From a virus: DNA of 64,000 nucleotides. Positions 19,663-30,152 of the stretch are shown in pieces. Within the stretch, counting starts at the first letter, position 1, and each line of letters starts with the position of its first letter. The DNA lies in IMG/VR virus record IMGVR_UViG_3300032313_001394, positions 1 through 64,000 of that record, one strand, 5' to 3'. Below the pieces are notes generated by a model. It worked only from the letters and a program-made list of their open reading frames with translations, ran no database searches and was not told the DNA's origin. The position numbers and the translations under genes were made by a program.

Positions 19663-21339
19663 TTAGTATCCTAATGTTTCTAATCCATGTACCAATACTT
19701 TACCATAGAATTCAGGACGAACCATTTTCTTAGCGTAACGAGTCATCAAACCTTTACGTGGAGTAAATGTTTCTGGATCGTATACTAATGGAGTCATGAT
19801 CAACGGAATGTATGGAGCATATACAGCACCAGTCTCAAGGAATTGAGATCCTTTGTAACCCATCAAGATTACGTTAGAAGTCAAATATGGGTTCTTGTAA
19901 ACTTTGTAACGAGAGTTTAATGAACCTATTTTCTGAATACCGAAGTTGAATTCTGATTTCTCACCATCACCGTCAGTAGCAAATCCTGGAATTGATTCTA
20001 ATACTGTAGCTACAGATGGAGAAACAACTAAGAAATTAGCACCACCACGTAATGTTTTCTGGTGAATAGTGTTAGATACTTTTTGCAATACAGTACCAAT
20101 AGTTTGGAACCATTCGCCTTGAGAGTTGTAGTATCCAGTCAAGTTTCCAGATTGAGAGTTAGCAGATACAGTTGTAAAGCCATTTCCGTTCCAGAATGTG
20201 TTATTAGCAGCTGACCAGTAACCAGTAGTAGCAGCATTTTCGATCAACATACCCAACAATTCTAAATCTACTTCCATTGCGATGTAGTTAGAGATCATTG
20301 AAGTTACTTCTGATTCAGCATCTACTGAGTGGTAAGCGTTCAAATCTTGAGCAAATTCTGGAGTCCATTGAGCTTTCAACTTACGAGTTTTAGCAACGAT
20401 AGCTTCAGATTTCAATTTAATATCAACTGAAGGGATAGCAATTTGAGTTGTTGACTCAGAGTTTGGATAACCAGCACCTGAAGCATCTTCGAAATCACCA
20501 CGAGCAGCAACAGTAGTTACTTTAGGGTAAGTTACGTTGTAAACTTGGTTAGCATTAGCACCAATTGTTGAACCAGAAACAATAAATACAATTGTACCGT
20601 CAGCGTTTAAAGTAGTAAATTCATTGATTATGTTAGCAGCTGATACTGAAGCAGCACCAGAACCTGAAGTGAATTCAATAGCTTTAACAGCGTTATCATC
20701 TAATCCTACTAAAGTACCTGAGGCGAAAGTAATAGTACGAGCTGAAGAACCGATTGAAGCTGAAGCAGCTGAATTGTAATTGAAAGAAGCGATTGAAGTT
20801 GATCCAGAAGTACCAGTAATACCTGCAGAAGCAGTAGTATTAATAGAATATCCGTAACGACCCTCACCATATAAACCACCAGCTACGTCTAAATTCTTAA
20901 CGTTTGGATGATTTTCAGCTTGGTTACCATAGATAGAAGCAGTTCCAAATCCAGCCTTACCTGAAGTTGAACCCATTCCTAAGTTAGAATATTTGAAGTC
21001 TAAGTAAAATACTAGACCAGAAGGTAAAGACATTGGTTGTACGGAAACGAATTCCTTAGCAACGATCTCACCAAACACACGGCGAACTAACGGTAAAGCA
21101 ACACCAGCCCAGTTTTCACCGGCTCCACCTGACATAGATGTAGTACCACCTGTTACGTTAGCTTCTTGAACTAATGAACGAGCTTGATTTTCTAAAATAA
21201 CAGACATGTTATTTTTGTCATACTCGTTAGATAGGTTTTTCAATAAACCTGTTTTTTCCCACTTAGAAACTAAGCGTCCTGCTTCGTTTTGACGATCCGT
21301 CCATGGGTTTGCGCTTTCTAAAAGACTTTGTACGTTCAT
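19663..21339 (-). CDS. gp23: major capsid protein (T4 gp23-like)
   Basis: PLVRRVF...VSVQPM..PSGLVFY, AKTRKLKAQWTPEFAQDLNAYH..DAE.E, YAPYIPL, DPETFTPRKGLMTRY. Confidence 0.95.
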   Translation of the reverse strand: MNVQSLLESANPWTDRQNEAGRLVSKWEKTGLLKNLSNEYDKNNMSVILENQARSLVQEANVTGGTTSMSGGAGENWAGVALPLVRRVFGEIVAKEFVSVQPMSLPSGLVFYLDFKYSNLGMGSTSGKAGFGTASIYGNQAENHPNVKNLDVAGGLYGEGRYGYSINTTASAGITGTSGSTSIASFNYNSAASASIGSSARTITFASGTLVGLDDNAVKAIEFTSGSGAASVSAANIINEFTTLNADGTIVFIVSGSTIGANANQVYNVTYPKVTTVAARGDFEDASGAGYPNSESTTQIAIPSVDIKLKSEAIVAKTRKLKAQWTPEFAQDLNAYHSVDAESEVTSMISNYIAMEVDLELLGMLIENAATTGYWSAANNTFWNGNGFTTVSANSQSGNLTGYYNSQGEWFQTIGTVLQKVSNTIHQKTLRGGANFLVVSPSVATVLESIPGFATDGDGEKSEFNFGIQKIGSLNSRYKVYKNPYLTSNVILMGYKGSQFLETGAVYAPYIPLIMTPLVYDPETFTPRKGLMTRYAKKMVRPEFYGKVLVHGLETLGY

Positions 21340-21367
21340 TTTAAATTTAAAATTAATTATTAATTAC

Positions 21368-22405
21368 TTATTTTAATCCCGCTAGTTTAGCCCAACGGTC
21401 TACTTGTGCATCTGAATCAATTACTTTATTTCTAGTAGTTGAACCAGCAATAATTCCTGATGCTTTTGATGCAAATCCTAAAGATTCTTTAATAGTTGAT
21501 TTTTCTACTTCTTTTTTAGCTAATGTAGTGCTTAAAGATTCGAATACCAATTTAGCTTCTTTAGCAGATTCAGCTTTGTCAAATGTTTTAACAACTTGAA
21601 TCTTTTGCGATTCTGTTAAGTTATGTCCTTTGAATACTTTATTCATGTATAATAACTTAGCATTTAATAAATTTGATTCTTGAAGTGACGAACGAAGTTC
21701 TTCGATTGTAGCTAAAGCTTGAGCTAATTCTTCTTCCATTTTAGATTTAGAATTATCTTCTTCTTTGCCATAATCTTCTTCTACTTCTTCTTCTTCTGAT
21801 AACCCGAATTCAGCCAATAATTCATCGATGTTGATATCGTCTTCAGTAATTTCTGCGTCGATATTTTCTTCCATTTTCTTATCTTCGTCTTCATCTTTCA
21901 TTTCATCTAAGTTGATTTCTTCTTCATCAGCTGGCATTTCTTCAGTATCAATTCCTAAGTCTTCACCTTCTTCACCTGGTAATTCCTCACCTTGTTCAGT
22001 TTCTAACTTTTCGAATTCTTCAGCAGCAATTTGACGAATATAATCTTCAACTTCTTCAGGTGTCATTTCAGTGATATCTTTATCTTCTTCTTCTTCACCT
22101 GCTTTTTCTTCACCTGCTTCTTCTTTAGCAGGAGCTTCATCTTCACCTGCTTTTTCTTCATCATCCGCTTCAGCTAATAATGCTTCTAAGTCAAGTGTTT
22201 CTTCCATTGAATCTTCGGCAATGTTTTCATACGCTTCGTCTTCATCTTTATCTTCTTCTAATTCATTTAACTTTGCAGCTAAAATAGATTGAAGTTGAGG
22301 AGTGAAAGCTTCTTCGAGAACTAATCTAGCTTGCGCTAATGCAGTCTCGCGTAAAGTTTTTGCTTCAGCAATGGCATCTTTTAAAGTTTGATTACCTTTA
22401 CTCAT
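21368..22405 (-). CDS. prohead core scaffold protein (T4 gp22-like)
   Basis: Highly acidic coiled-coil protein directly upstream of the capsid gene. Confidence 0.8.
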   Translation of the reverse strand: MSKGNQTLKDAIAEAKTLRETALAQARLVLEEAFTPQLQSILAAKLNELEEDKDEDEAYENIAEDSMEETLDLEALLAEADDEEKAGEDEAPAKEEAGEEKAGEEEEDKDITEMTPEEVEDYIRQIAAEEFEKLETEQGEELPGEEGEDLGIDTEEMPADEEEINLDEMKDEDEDKKMEENIDAEITEDDINIDELLAEFGLSEEEEVEEDYGKEEDNSKSKMEEELAQALATIEELRSSLQESNLLNAKLLYMNKVFKGHNLTESQKIQVVKTFDKAESAKEAKLVFESLSTTLAKKEVEKSTIKESLGFASKASGIIAGSTTRNKVIDSDAQVDRWAKLAGLK

Positions 22406-22535
22406 TTGTTGTCCTTAATTTTTTGTTTGGAAATAAGATTATTGAGAATCTTAATAGAAATATTTAATGATCGATACTATATAGATATAGTATATTTGAG
22501 GTCTGTCATAAATATATGCGGATATAACCAAAGCG

Positions 22536-22569
22536 AAAAAAAGTGTCTTCTCTTTGTAGAAAAGACACC
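22536..22569 (-). terminator. intrinsic terminator
   Basis: GTGTCTTTTCT-ACAA-AGAGAAGACAC stem plus T7 on the minus strand. Confidence 0.75.
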
Positions 22570-22604
22570 AGAACTATAATACTGAGACTATAGTGGGGTA
22601 CGAA

Positions 22605-23204
22605 TTATTTAATTCCAGCGTAGTGTTGCCATCTGCTGATTGTCCATTCGTCTAATCCTTTTGGTTTATTTAATTCATCATAGAATGCTCTTGCTTTATT
22701 TTCCGAATCAAATACTTTTTCTTCAGTGCCATACTTAACAATCCAAAAACGACCTTCTGGTTCAATACTAGATAGTTCATTATGACCTAAATTAGCTTCA
22801 TCCATTTCTTCAGCACCGGCTTTATCATCCATTTGAGCATCTGATTCATGATATCCTTTAGCTGCTTGATAAATGTAGCTTTCTGCATTAGTAATATGAT
22901 CTTGAATCCAAGCTGGTAGGTTAATTTCTTTATCTCCCATTTGAGCTTTTAACATCATAGCAGAACGAATAATAGCATCTAATGAATCTTGTGCCATTGC
23001 CACTTCGTAATCTTCGTTTAAACCATCTTCAGCTAATTTTTTAGCTTTATCAGTAGCAATTGCGTACATAGCAGGAGCAGGACCTTTAAAATTCTTCTTC
23101 ATTGCTTTAACAATTTCCTCACGTTTTTTTTCTTCAGCAGCTGTTAATTCTTTTTCAGCAACAATTTTAGCTACGGTTTCTTTTACGATTTGTTCTAAGT
23201 TCAT
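22605..23204 (-). CDS. putative internal head protein (modular)
   Basis: Between protease and scaffold; short modules separated by LAE/LNE/MDE/LDE; C-terminal RWQHYAGIK. Confidence 0.6.
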   Translation of the reverse strand: MNLEQIVKETVAKIVAEKELTAAEEKKREEIVKAMKKNFKGPAPAMYAIATDKAKKLAEDGLNEDYEVAMAQDSLDAIIRSAMMLKAQMGDKEINLPAWIQDHITNAESYIYQAAKGYHESDAQMDDKAGAEEMDEANLGHNELSSIEPEGRFWIVKYGTEEKVFDSENKARAFYDELNKPKGLDEWTISRWQHYAGIK

Positions 23205-23833
23205 TATATATTATCAAAATCACAGGTACAGAATCCTGTGCGGTTACAAATAATTTCAGTAATTAAGCTATCTATTTTAGAATAGTCTTTTGATGGTTTA
23301 GAGTATGAAATAGATTCATTTACTACTTCCATATATGCACCTGGTGTAGATGGAGTTGAAACGAAATCCCAACACATTAATTCAAAATCGTCTTGTACCT
23401 CAATTGTTTCACCAATTTGACGTACAGAACCCATACCACGAGATGAGATACCTACGGTGATATTGTTGTTAAATAATGCTTTTAATATATTACCTGATGG
23501 AGTATTTAGTATTTCAATTTTACCATATAAATCTTTACCTTGCCAACTTAAAGCAACAATATTATGTGATACATTCTTTAAATTAATAACAGGAGAATCG
23601 GGATGATCTAATTCACCTAATGCACGACGTTCTTTAACTGGTCCTTCTAAGTATTTATCAGCTTCACGTCTTAATACTTCGTAAGGATAGACACGTCCAT
23701 TACCATTTTTAGTTTCAGCCTTTTGTATCAAACCTTCAACAAACATTTTACCGTTAGGATTTTGCATCGACTCCTTCAATGATTGAGGAGTGGCGGTAAA
23801 TAATGCTGTTTCTATTAATAATTGCTTATCCAT
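23204..23833 (-). CDS. gp21: prohead core protease (T4 gp21-like)
   Basis: NGNGRVYP, ALGELDHP, NVSH, TPSG.I, GISSRGMGS, DFVSTPSTPGA. Confidence 0.93.
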   Translation of the reverse strand: MDKQLLIETALFTATPQSLKESMQNPNGKMFVEGLIQKAETKNGNGRVYPYEVLRREADKYLEGPVKERRALGELDHPDSPVINLKNVSHNIVALSWQGKDLYGKIEILNTPSGNILKALFNNNITVGISSRGMGSVRQIGETIEVQDDFELMCWDFVSTPSTPGAYMEVVNESISYSKPSKDYSKIDSLITEIICNRTGFCTCDFDNI

Positions 23834-24345
23834 TATTTCATTTCATTCAAGATACGACCAACTAAAACACTCATTTCGTCTTCAGTTAGTTTATCCATTT
23901 TAACTTTTTTGGTACCATTTACAGCATCAATTACATTACTATCTTTAACTTCAGTAGGTAAATCAGTGCGTTTTTTACGATCAATCTTCATTGCATCTTC
24001 GTTATAACCAGCTAAATGAAGTTGAGAATAATATGATACGTTATCTTTTAAGTTTTTGCAAACGATCTTATCAGCTTTTATTTCTTCAGTACCTTTATCT
24101 AACTCATAACGCATTCCTAAATCATATTCTTGAGGATTACACCAGTCATTTGGCATACCATATTCTTGTGGTTCAGATTTTGCTTCTGTAATAATACCTT
24201 TATTTTTTAAAATCCTAACAGCATCTTTAAAATTAACTGTATTAGAAATAAATTTAGGTAATGCCATTTTAACGTTACGTAAAAACTGAGCTTCACTCAA
24301 TTTTCCTTCATTTAATGATTTATATTGATCGAATATACTTTTCAT
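23833..24345 (-). CDS. hypothetical head-module protein
   Basis: 170 aa in the head operon; GM.YE...A.KIV.KNL....YYS motif. Confidence 0.65.
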   Translation of the reverse strand: MKSIFDQYKSLNEGKLSEAQFLRNVKMALPKFISNTVNFKDAVRILKNKGIITEAKSEPQEYGMPNDWCNPQEYDLGMRYELDKGTEEIKADKIVCKNLKDNVSYYSQLHLAGYNEDAMKIDRKKRTDLPTEVKDSNVIDAVNGTKKVKMDKLTEDEMSVLVGRILNEMK

Positions 24346-24977
24346 TATTTTTTTAATGTTTTAATTTTCTTGTTTAATACGGCTAATCGTTCAGTCATAG
24401 CTTCTAATCCTTTAATCGAATTAGTCAATTGATTTTCAGTTTTTAAATTATTTTCTTCACGTAAACGTAAAGTATAATCAGTTAATTGATCTATTTCTTT
24501 TAAACGTTTATTTATACCTCTGATCGCATTTGACATTTTACGCTCAGGCGACATTTCAGAAATTGATTTTGAAAATGAACGATACGATACTTCATTTACA
24601 GCACCTTTACCAATAATTTCTTGTTCGTCTTTATGAGATGTTTTCTTAATATTGGCTTCTGTGGCTTCTTCCATTCCGAATTGAGTAAGTGCTGTTGGAT
24701 TTATTTTTCCAAATGCATTTGGGGTTAAAATATATAAACGTTCGTTAACTAAGTCGTTAATTAATGATTCATATTTAACAAAATCAAATGTTTTACCTGA
24801 TTTAGGTTGTTTACCTACTAATTTGAAGCCTAATTTTTCAGCGTATTTAGTAGCTCTATTTTTACCACCTTTAGAAAATGCAAATGGAGTTGAATATGCT
24901 TCTCCACCCGAAGTAGCATTTTCTTCATCTAGAATTTCAGCAATTGCTTGACGTATTAATTCGCGTAATTTTTCCAT
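24345..24977 (-). CDS. hypothetical head-module protein
   Basis: MEKLRELIRQAIAEILDE leader; YSTPFAF motif. Confidence 0.65.
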   Translation of the reverse strand: MEKLRELIRQAIAEILDEENATSGGEAYSTPFAFSKGGKNRATKYAEKLGFKLVGKQPKSGKTFDFVKYESLINDLVNERLYILTPNAFGKINPTALTQFGMEEATEANIKKTSHKDEQEIIGKGAVNEVSYRSFSKSISEMSPERKMSNAIRGINKRLKEIDQLTDYTLRLREENNLKTENQLTNSIKGLEAMTERLAVLNKKIKTLKK

Positions 24978-25831
24978 TATGCTGTTCTTAATTCGTGTAA
25001 TAATTCGTAGTAATTCATCAAATTTAATACATCATCATCAGATACACTTTCCGATTTAGGAATCATGTTTAGTATATTATTTACTTCTGATAATTTGATT
25101 TGGGTTTTCTTATCTGATACTTTTTGAGATAATACTTCTAATTCTAATTTGATGTTTTGAATCTGTGAATTAACAAATTCTTTTAATGTTACTGTATTTG
25201 AAATATTATTGATGAATTCTTTCAATAATGATTTTTGTTCAGGTAATAGATTAGAATACTTAGTATTGAATTTTTCTACAATCATTCGATAAATAAACAA
25301 GCGAGTACTTTTATCTTGTTTAGCGTATTCTTCTAAGATTTGATCTTTGATTTGAGTTTTATCTACTGGTTTTTTAGTTAAAAATTCAAGTAATGTTACT
25401 TTATTATCAATAACAATTTTAGGGTCAGTAAATTCTAATGAATTATGTGATTCTAATAAGTTATAGATTGAAGCGTTTACTTTATAATTTTGAATTTTTG
25501 CCTTAAAGAAGTCCTCTAAATCATAATATTCTTTAATTTCTTTAATCAAATTGTATTTTTCCTTACGTAAAGCAGTTTTGTTTAACTTTTCAGATAAACG
25601 CAAAACAGTTTCAACTAATGACTCAGCTTTTGATTCTGATAATGATTGAACATTAATTAATGTTTGATATAATTTATGTTCTTTAGCTAATTCCGTTTTA
25701 GAAAAATATTTTTTAACTAAAGTAGCCGCTTGAGGATCTTTATTAGATAAAATATCACTGGCTATCTGGCGAACTAAAAGTTCAAATAATATGCCTGTGT
25801 TCTTATATTTTGAATTTTTCAATTTAGACAT
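24977..25831 (-). CDS. hypothetical helical protein downstream of portal
   Basis: 284 aa; K.SKYKNTGILFELLVRQI N-terminus. Confidence 0.7.
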   Translation of the reverse strand: MSKLKNSKYKNTGILFELLVRQIASDILSNKDPQAATLVKKYFSKTELAKEHKLYQTLINVQSLSESKAESLVETVLRLSEKLNKTALRKEKYNLIKEIKEYYDLEDFFKAKIQNYKVNASIYNLLESHNSLEFTDPKIVIDNKVTLLEFLTKKPVDKTQIKDQILEEYAKQDKSTRLFIYRMIVEKFNTKYSNLLPEQKSLLKEFINNISNTVTLKEFVNSQIQNIKLELEVLSQKVSDKKTQIKLSEVNNILNMIPKSESVSDDDVLNLMNYYELLHELRTA

Positions 25832-25866
25832 GTTCTAGTATTACTCTGTTATAAATATCGATTAGT

Positions 25867-27702
25867 TTATATATCCTTAATATTTGATTCATCTAATATT
25901 GAAGGTTCAGCCATAGCGTTGACTTTCTTGAATTTAATTTCTTCAAGCATCTTCTTATTTTTTAAATATTCAATTTCAGATGTTTGGTTTTCTAAAGTCC
26001 ATGTAGCCCCAGATCCAGGAGATGATTTTAAAGGCTCATGCATGCCTTTAGAACCAATAGGATCTCTACCTAATGCATGATCTTGTGTTCCATAATCAGA
26101 TGCTTTTTCTTTAGGACGACCAACTTCTTTTTCATCATATCCAATAGGTACTTCACCATAACGACCTTTACCATATAATGAAGCTAAATCATGTGGCGTA
26201 CCAAATGATGTACCTGATTCAACTGGATCATTACCTTCATTTTCGATTTGTGAGAATCTAAATGAACGTTTTTTATCTTCAATTACTTGATTTCTATATT
26301 CTGAATATTCGTCTTCTGAGAAATTAAATATGTTATGGTATATATAATCTGAAGGTAATAAATTTTTATCTAAAATACTATTAGATAATTCAATTTTTTC
26401 TTTTAATAGAGCAATTTTTTCTTGTTCGTAAATGATTGATGGTGTAGTTAATGATAATTCAAAGTTAGTTAATTCAGCATTATCGAATCCTTGAGTATAT
26501 AAGTGAACTAATGCAATTTTTGTTAGTTCTGAAACTATAATACGTTGGATACGTTCTACAGTACGAGCAAAACGAATATCTTCAGATGCTAGAGTTGCTT
26601 TACCTGTTAAATCTTTTTCAAAACCCATAAATGCTTTTGGAACACGTAAAGCAGCAAATAATTTATCACGTAAGTAAGTTACGTCTTCGATTGCTGTGTA
26701 TTCTAAGCCTTTTAATGTATCGATTTTTGTTGTTGAATCATTACCTCTAAGCGGAATAAAGAAATCTTCCGTTAGATTCATCATATTGTATTTTAAATTA
26801 TAGTCACCTGTAGCTGGGTCAACATAAGGAACTTTTTTAATACGTTGTTTCATTTTCTCCATATAAGGATCTACCTCATTAGGAGCAATATTTCCAATGT
26901 TTGTATAGAAAATACGTTTTTCTGGAGCACGCATAATACGATGAATTAACATCGCATCCTCCATTAAAGTTAATTGCTTGAATATTTTACGACCTGGTTC
27001 AAGATATGAACGTCCATAAGGTAAATATGATGGATCAGCTAATAATCTAAAGTGAGCTATTTCGTAGTTTTCGAAATAATCATCTCGTTCTGTATTTGTA
27101 GCATATCCATAAGATTGATTCATATTAATTTTGAATCTTACATATGATGGATTAGCTGGATTTGTTCCTTCTTCACGTTGAACATCATATACAGAAAATG
27201 GCATTACATTATACACACCATACTTTTCAGCAATATCTAGATGTAAATAAAAGTCACCATACTTACACATTGTTCTAATCCATGACCATAAATTAAATTC
27301 TACATTTAATACTTCATAGAATAAATTATATAGAACACGTTGTAATTTAGCATTCGGGGATTTAATATGTAATACTTCACCCTGCTCATTTTTTAAAGTA
27401 GCTTCATCAGCTATAATATCTAAAGCAGAAGCAATGATCGCATCCGTATCCATTGCTTCATAATCAGTATATAAAGAAGTACGTAATGTTTGATAATTCA
27501 TTAATGGCGTATAAGCCAATCTTGAATTACCTGCATGTATTCTGTTGAATCTGTCAATTAATGAATTCGTCTGAATATTGCCATATGATTGTAAACGGTC
27601 AACATCAATTACTCTTAATTGATCCCCTCCTACATTCCTAATAACAACATCAGTGGAAAATAACCTTCTTAATCGTCCGAAAAGACTAGTATCTATCGCC
27701 AT
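25867..27702 (-). CDS. gp20: portal protein (T4 gp20-like)
   Basis: LMEDAMLIHRIMRAPEKRIFY..GN, EDFFIP.RG, IDTL.G, YLRDKLFAALRVPK, EDIRFAR. Confidence 0.93.
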   Translation of the reverse strand: MAIDTSLFGRLRRLFSTDVVIRNVGGDQLRVIDVDRLQSYGNIQTNSLIDRFNRIHAGNSRLAYTPLMNYQTLRTSLYTDYEAMDTDAIIASALDIIADEATLKNEQGEVLHIKSPNAKLQRVLYNLFYEVLNVEFNLWSWIRTMCKYGDFYLHLDIAEKYGVYNVMPFSVYDVQREEGTNPANPSYVRFKINMNQSYGYATNTERDDYFENYEIAHFRLLADPSYLPYGRSYLEPGRKIFKQLTLMEDAMLIHRIMRAPEKRIFYTNIGNIAPNEVDPYMEKMKQRIKKVPYVDPATGDYNLKYNMMNLTEDFFIPLRGNDSTTKIDTLKGLEYTAIEDVTYLRDKLFAALRVPKAFMGFEKDLTGKATLASEDIRFARTVERIQRIIVSELTKIALVHLYTQGFDNAELTNFELSLTTPSIIYEQEKIALLKEKIELSNSILDKNLLPSDYIYHNIFNFSEDEYSEYRNQVIEDKKRSFRFSQIENEGNDPVESGTSFGTPHDLASLYGKGRYGEVPIGYDEKEVGRPKEKASDYGTQDHALGRDPIGSKGMHEPLKSSPGSGATWTLENQTSEIEYLKNKKMLEEIKFKKVNAMAEPSILDESNIKDI

Positions 27703-27756
27703 ATTATTTGTTTCAATATGTATTATATGTTATAAATATTAAATATAAGTAAGAAC

Positions 27757-29331
27757 CTACAATAACCAATTTAGATCATGATTGTTTCCATATCCGTCCT
27801 TCATTTCCCAAGGATTTGTAGGTAAATAACTTTGGTTATTTACTGATGTAGAAGAAATTGATAATGAATTTAAAGTTGCTTTAGTCATATCCATACCATT
27901 TTGATGGTAAACTAATGCGGTATCCCTGACGTATAACCCAAATGATAGAGCTAATACTAAGTCGTCGTTATATCCACCTTGAGCTTGAGCTTTGCCGTTT
28001 TCCCAAATGAATGTTCTTAATTCTTCGATTGTACGTTTTGATTGAACTACAAATTGACGTTCGCGTAATGATGTTTCTAATTTAGAAATAAATAACGGTC
28101 GTGTACGAGTTGAGTTAGTAATACCTTGAACAGTTTGATCATTTTCCATTCTAGATACAAAATTATCTATAGACATATCTGTTCCTTTTGGAGAATAATA
28201 TACATTCTGATATCCAGTATCAGCTATTGTATTTAAAACATCCCAACCTAAAGTTGCGTTTTCAACTACAAGTAATGCATTATTATATTCTGTTGCTGCT
28301 GTTACTAATAAACGTCCGAACTCTCGAGTTCCAATTTTAGATTTAAATTCAGCTACTTGTCTAAATTCTTTAGTAGCTATTATATGAAAAGTTGAATAAT
28401 CACTTCCATCTCCACGAGCAACGTCAGCACTTACTATATATGTTTCTGTTGGATTAGCGTATTCATAAATCCAATAATCACCTCCCATACCACGTCTTTC
28501 AACAGGATCTATTACATATGTTTTTTCATAAAATTCAATTATATCATTTGTAATAACATTATTACCAGAAGCTAAAAAGTCACACTCATATTCTTGAGCA
28601 ATCTCTCTAGGATTCATATTTTGTTTTTCACGATCAAACCATACTTCATCACGTTCAGGATGCACATCCCAAGGTAATTTAATTGGAACAAAATCGTTTT
28701 CTGAATTTAAAGCAGATACCCAAGTTTTATGGAACCAATTACCTACACCATTTGGTGAAGATAAAGCAATACACCCACCACCTGTTGAAATAGTAGGTTT
28801 AATACTTGTATATATTTTATCAATCCCATCAATAAAAGCAGCCTCATCAATTAATAATAATGAAACAGCATATGAACGACCTGCATCTCCCGCAGCTGAT
28901 GATGCTACAATCTGAGATCCGTTTGATAATTTTAATGATAATTTATTATTTGAATCTGGTTTTTGATTACCTTTAAGCCATCCTGGTAATTGTTGATACA
29001 TAAATTGTACCTTATCTACCATGTTTACGGCTGTAGTTTGTTTGGTTGCAATACAGAGTACAGTTTTATCTTTATGAAACAACATTGTCCATAATGAAAA
29101 ACCAGCAGCTAATGTTGATATACCTAATTGACGTGATTTGTTAATAATTGAATAATCGTGTTTTAACCACAATTTCAATACTTTTTCTTGGAATGGATAT
29201 AGATTAAAATTTACTCGACCTCTTGTAGGGTGTTGAACCATACAATATTTTTTCATAAAATGAATTGGATCTTGTAAGCACTTTATATATTCTTGACGGA
29301 TTATATCCTTTATATTCTGTTGATCGCTCAT
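27757..29331 (-). CDS. terL: terminase large subunit (T4 gp17-like)
   Basis: KSRQLGIST Walker A, LLLIDEAAF Walker B, SSPNG, QEYECDF, ADVARGDGSDYS, DDLV nuclease motifs. Confidence 0.95.
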   Translation of the reverse strand: MSDQQNIKDIIRQEYIKCLQDPIHFMKKYCMVQHPTRGRVNFNLYPFQEKVLKLWLKHDYSIINKSRQLGISTLAAGFSLWTMLFHKDKTVLCIATKQTTAVNMVDKVQFMYQQLPGWLKGNQKPDSNNKLSLKLSNGSQIVASSAAGDAGRSYAVSLLLIDEAAFIDGIDKIYTSIKPTISTGGGCIALSSPNGVGNWFHKTWVSALNSENDFVPIKLPWDVHPERDEVWFDREKQNMNPREIAQEYECDFLASGNNVITNDIIEFYEKTYVIDPVERRGMGGDYWIYEYANPTETYIVSADVARGDGSDYSTFHIIATKEFRQVAEFKSKIGTREFGRLLVTAATEYNNALLVVENATLGWDVLNTIADTGYQNVYYSPKGTDMSIDNFVSRMENDQTVQGITNSTRTRPLFISKLETSLRERQFVVQSKRTIEELRTFIWENGKAQAQGGYNDDLVLALSFGLYVRDTALVYHQNGMDMTKATLNSLSISSTSVNNQSYLPTNPWEMKDGYGNNHDLNWLL

Positions 29332-30065
29332 TTAATCCAGTTTTCTAATGCTTTTAAATAACCATCACCCATATGGTCTTTGACAGTTTTACCTGAAAAT
29401 AATGCTTTAAGATATAACCAAAATGATCTTAATGATGATTCTTTTTTTAATACATTACCATCTGTATCTAATCTTACTTGATAATTTACGTGGTGAAATC
29501 TAATGTATGGTACGTGAGTTACTAAATCGTTTTTATGTACAATTCGTAGAGTATCTATATCACTATTATCATAGTTATCCTTAAATACTTTATTACCAAC
29601 TCTAGGACTACCAATAGTTGTTGATTTAACATTATAATGCGGATAGTGTTTTTTAATTGAGTGTGCGTATAATGTTGCTACTGCACCCCCTAAACTATGT
29701 CCACAAACTACAATATCTGTAGCTTCACCTTGTAGATTTTCTAATGCAGTATCTATTGCGTTGTAAGTATCATCCACTACTGATTCCCAACAATATTTAA
29801 ATCCAATATGAACCTTTTCACCATCGTTTAAGAATGGTACTTTATCAATTGAAGCATCATTTTGGAAATCCTTCTTTGATTCACTACCTCTCCATACAAC
29901 ATATATTGATTTATCTTTTGTTGCTACAAATCCTTGTGTGTCTGATTTTTTATTTTCAATCCACTTAACTAATTCTAACCCATATTCATCCCAATTTATT
30001 TGGTCTTTGTTTGAATAAGCTAACACTGCTAATTTTGAATTATATAAGGCTTCGTTTCTTGTCAT
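29328..30065 (-). CDS. class 3 lipase (alpha/beta hydrolase)
   Basis: VVWRGS, VHIGF, GHSLGG nucleophile elbow, GSPRVGN, DLVTHVP, C-terminal DH. Confidence 0.9.
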   Translation of the reverse strand: MTRNEALYNSKLAVLAYSNKDQINWDEYGLELVKWIENKKSDTQGFVATKDKSIYVVWRGSESKKDFQNDASIDKVPFLNDGEKVHIGFKYCWESVVDDTYNAIDTALENLQGEATDIVVCGHSLGGAVATLYAHSIKKHYPHYNVKSTTIGSPRVGNKVFKDNYDNSDIDTLRIVHKNDLVTHVPYIRFHHVNYQVRLDTDGNVLKKESSLRSFWLYLKALFSGKTVKDHMGDGYLKALENWIK

Positions 30066-30091
30066 AATGTGTTTTTGTATATAAATATATA

Positions 30092-30121
30092 GAAAAAGAA
30101 AAGCCTACTAAAAGTAGGCTC
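30092..30121 (-). terminator. intrinsic terminator
   Basis: AGCCTACT-TTT-AGTAGGCT followed by TTTCTTTTT on the minus strand. Confidence 0.75.
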
Positions 30122-30152
30122 TCTAAATAAACAAACATTATTATGAAAAATC

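Noticed and set aside
21828-22579. Ser-rich plus-strand ORFs opposite the scaffold gene
   Set aside because: They are antisense shadows of Glu/Asp-rich codons.
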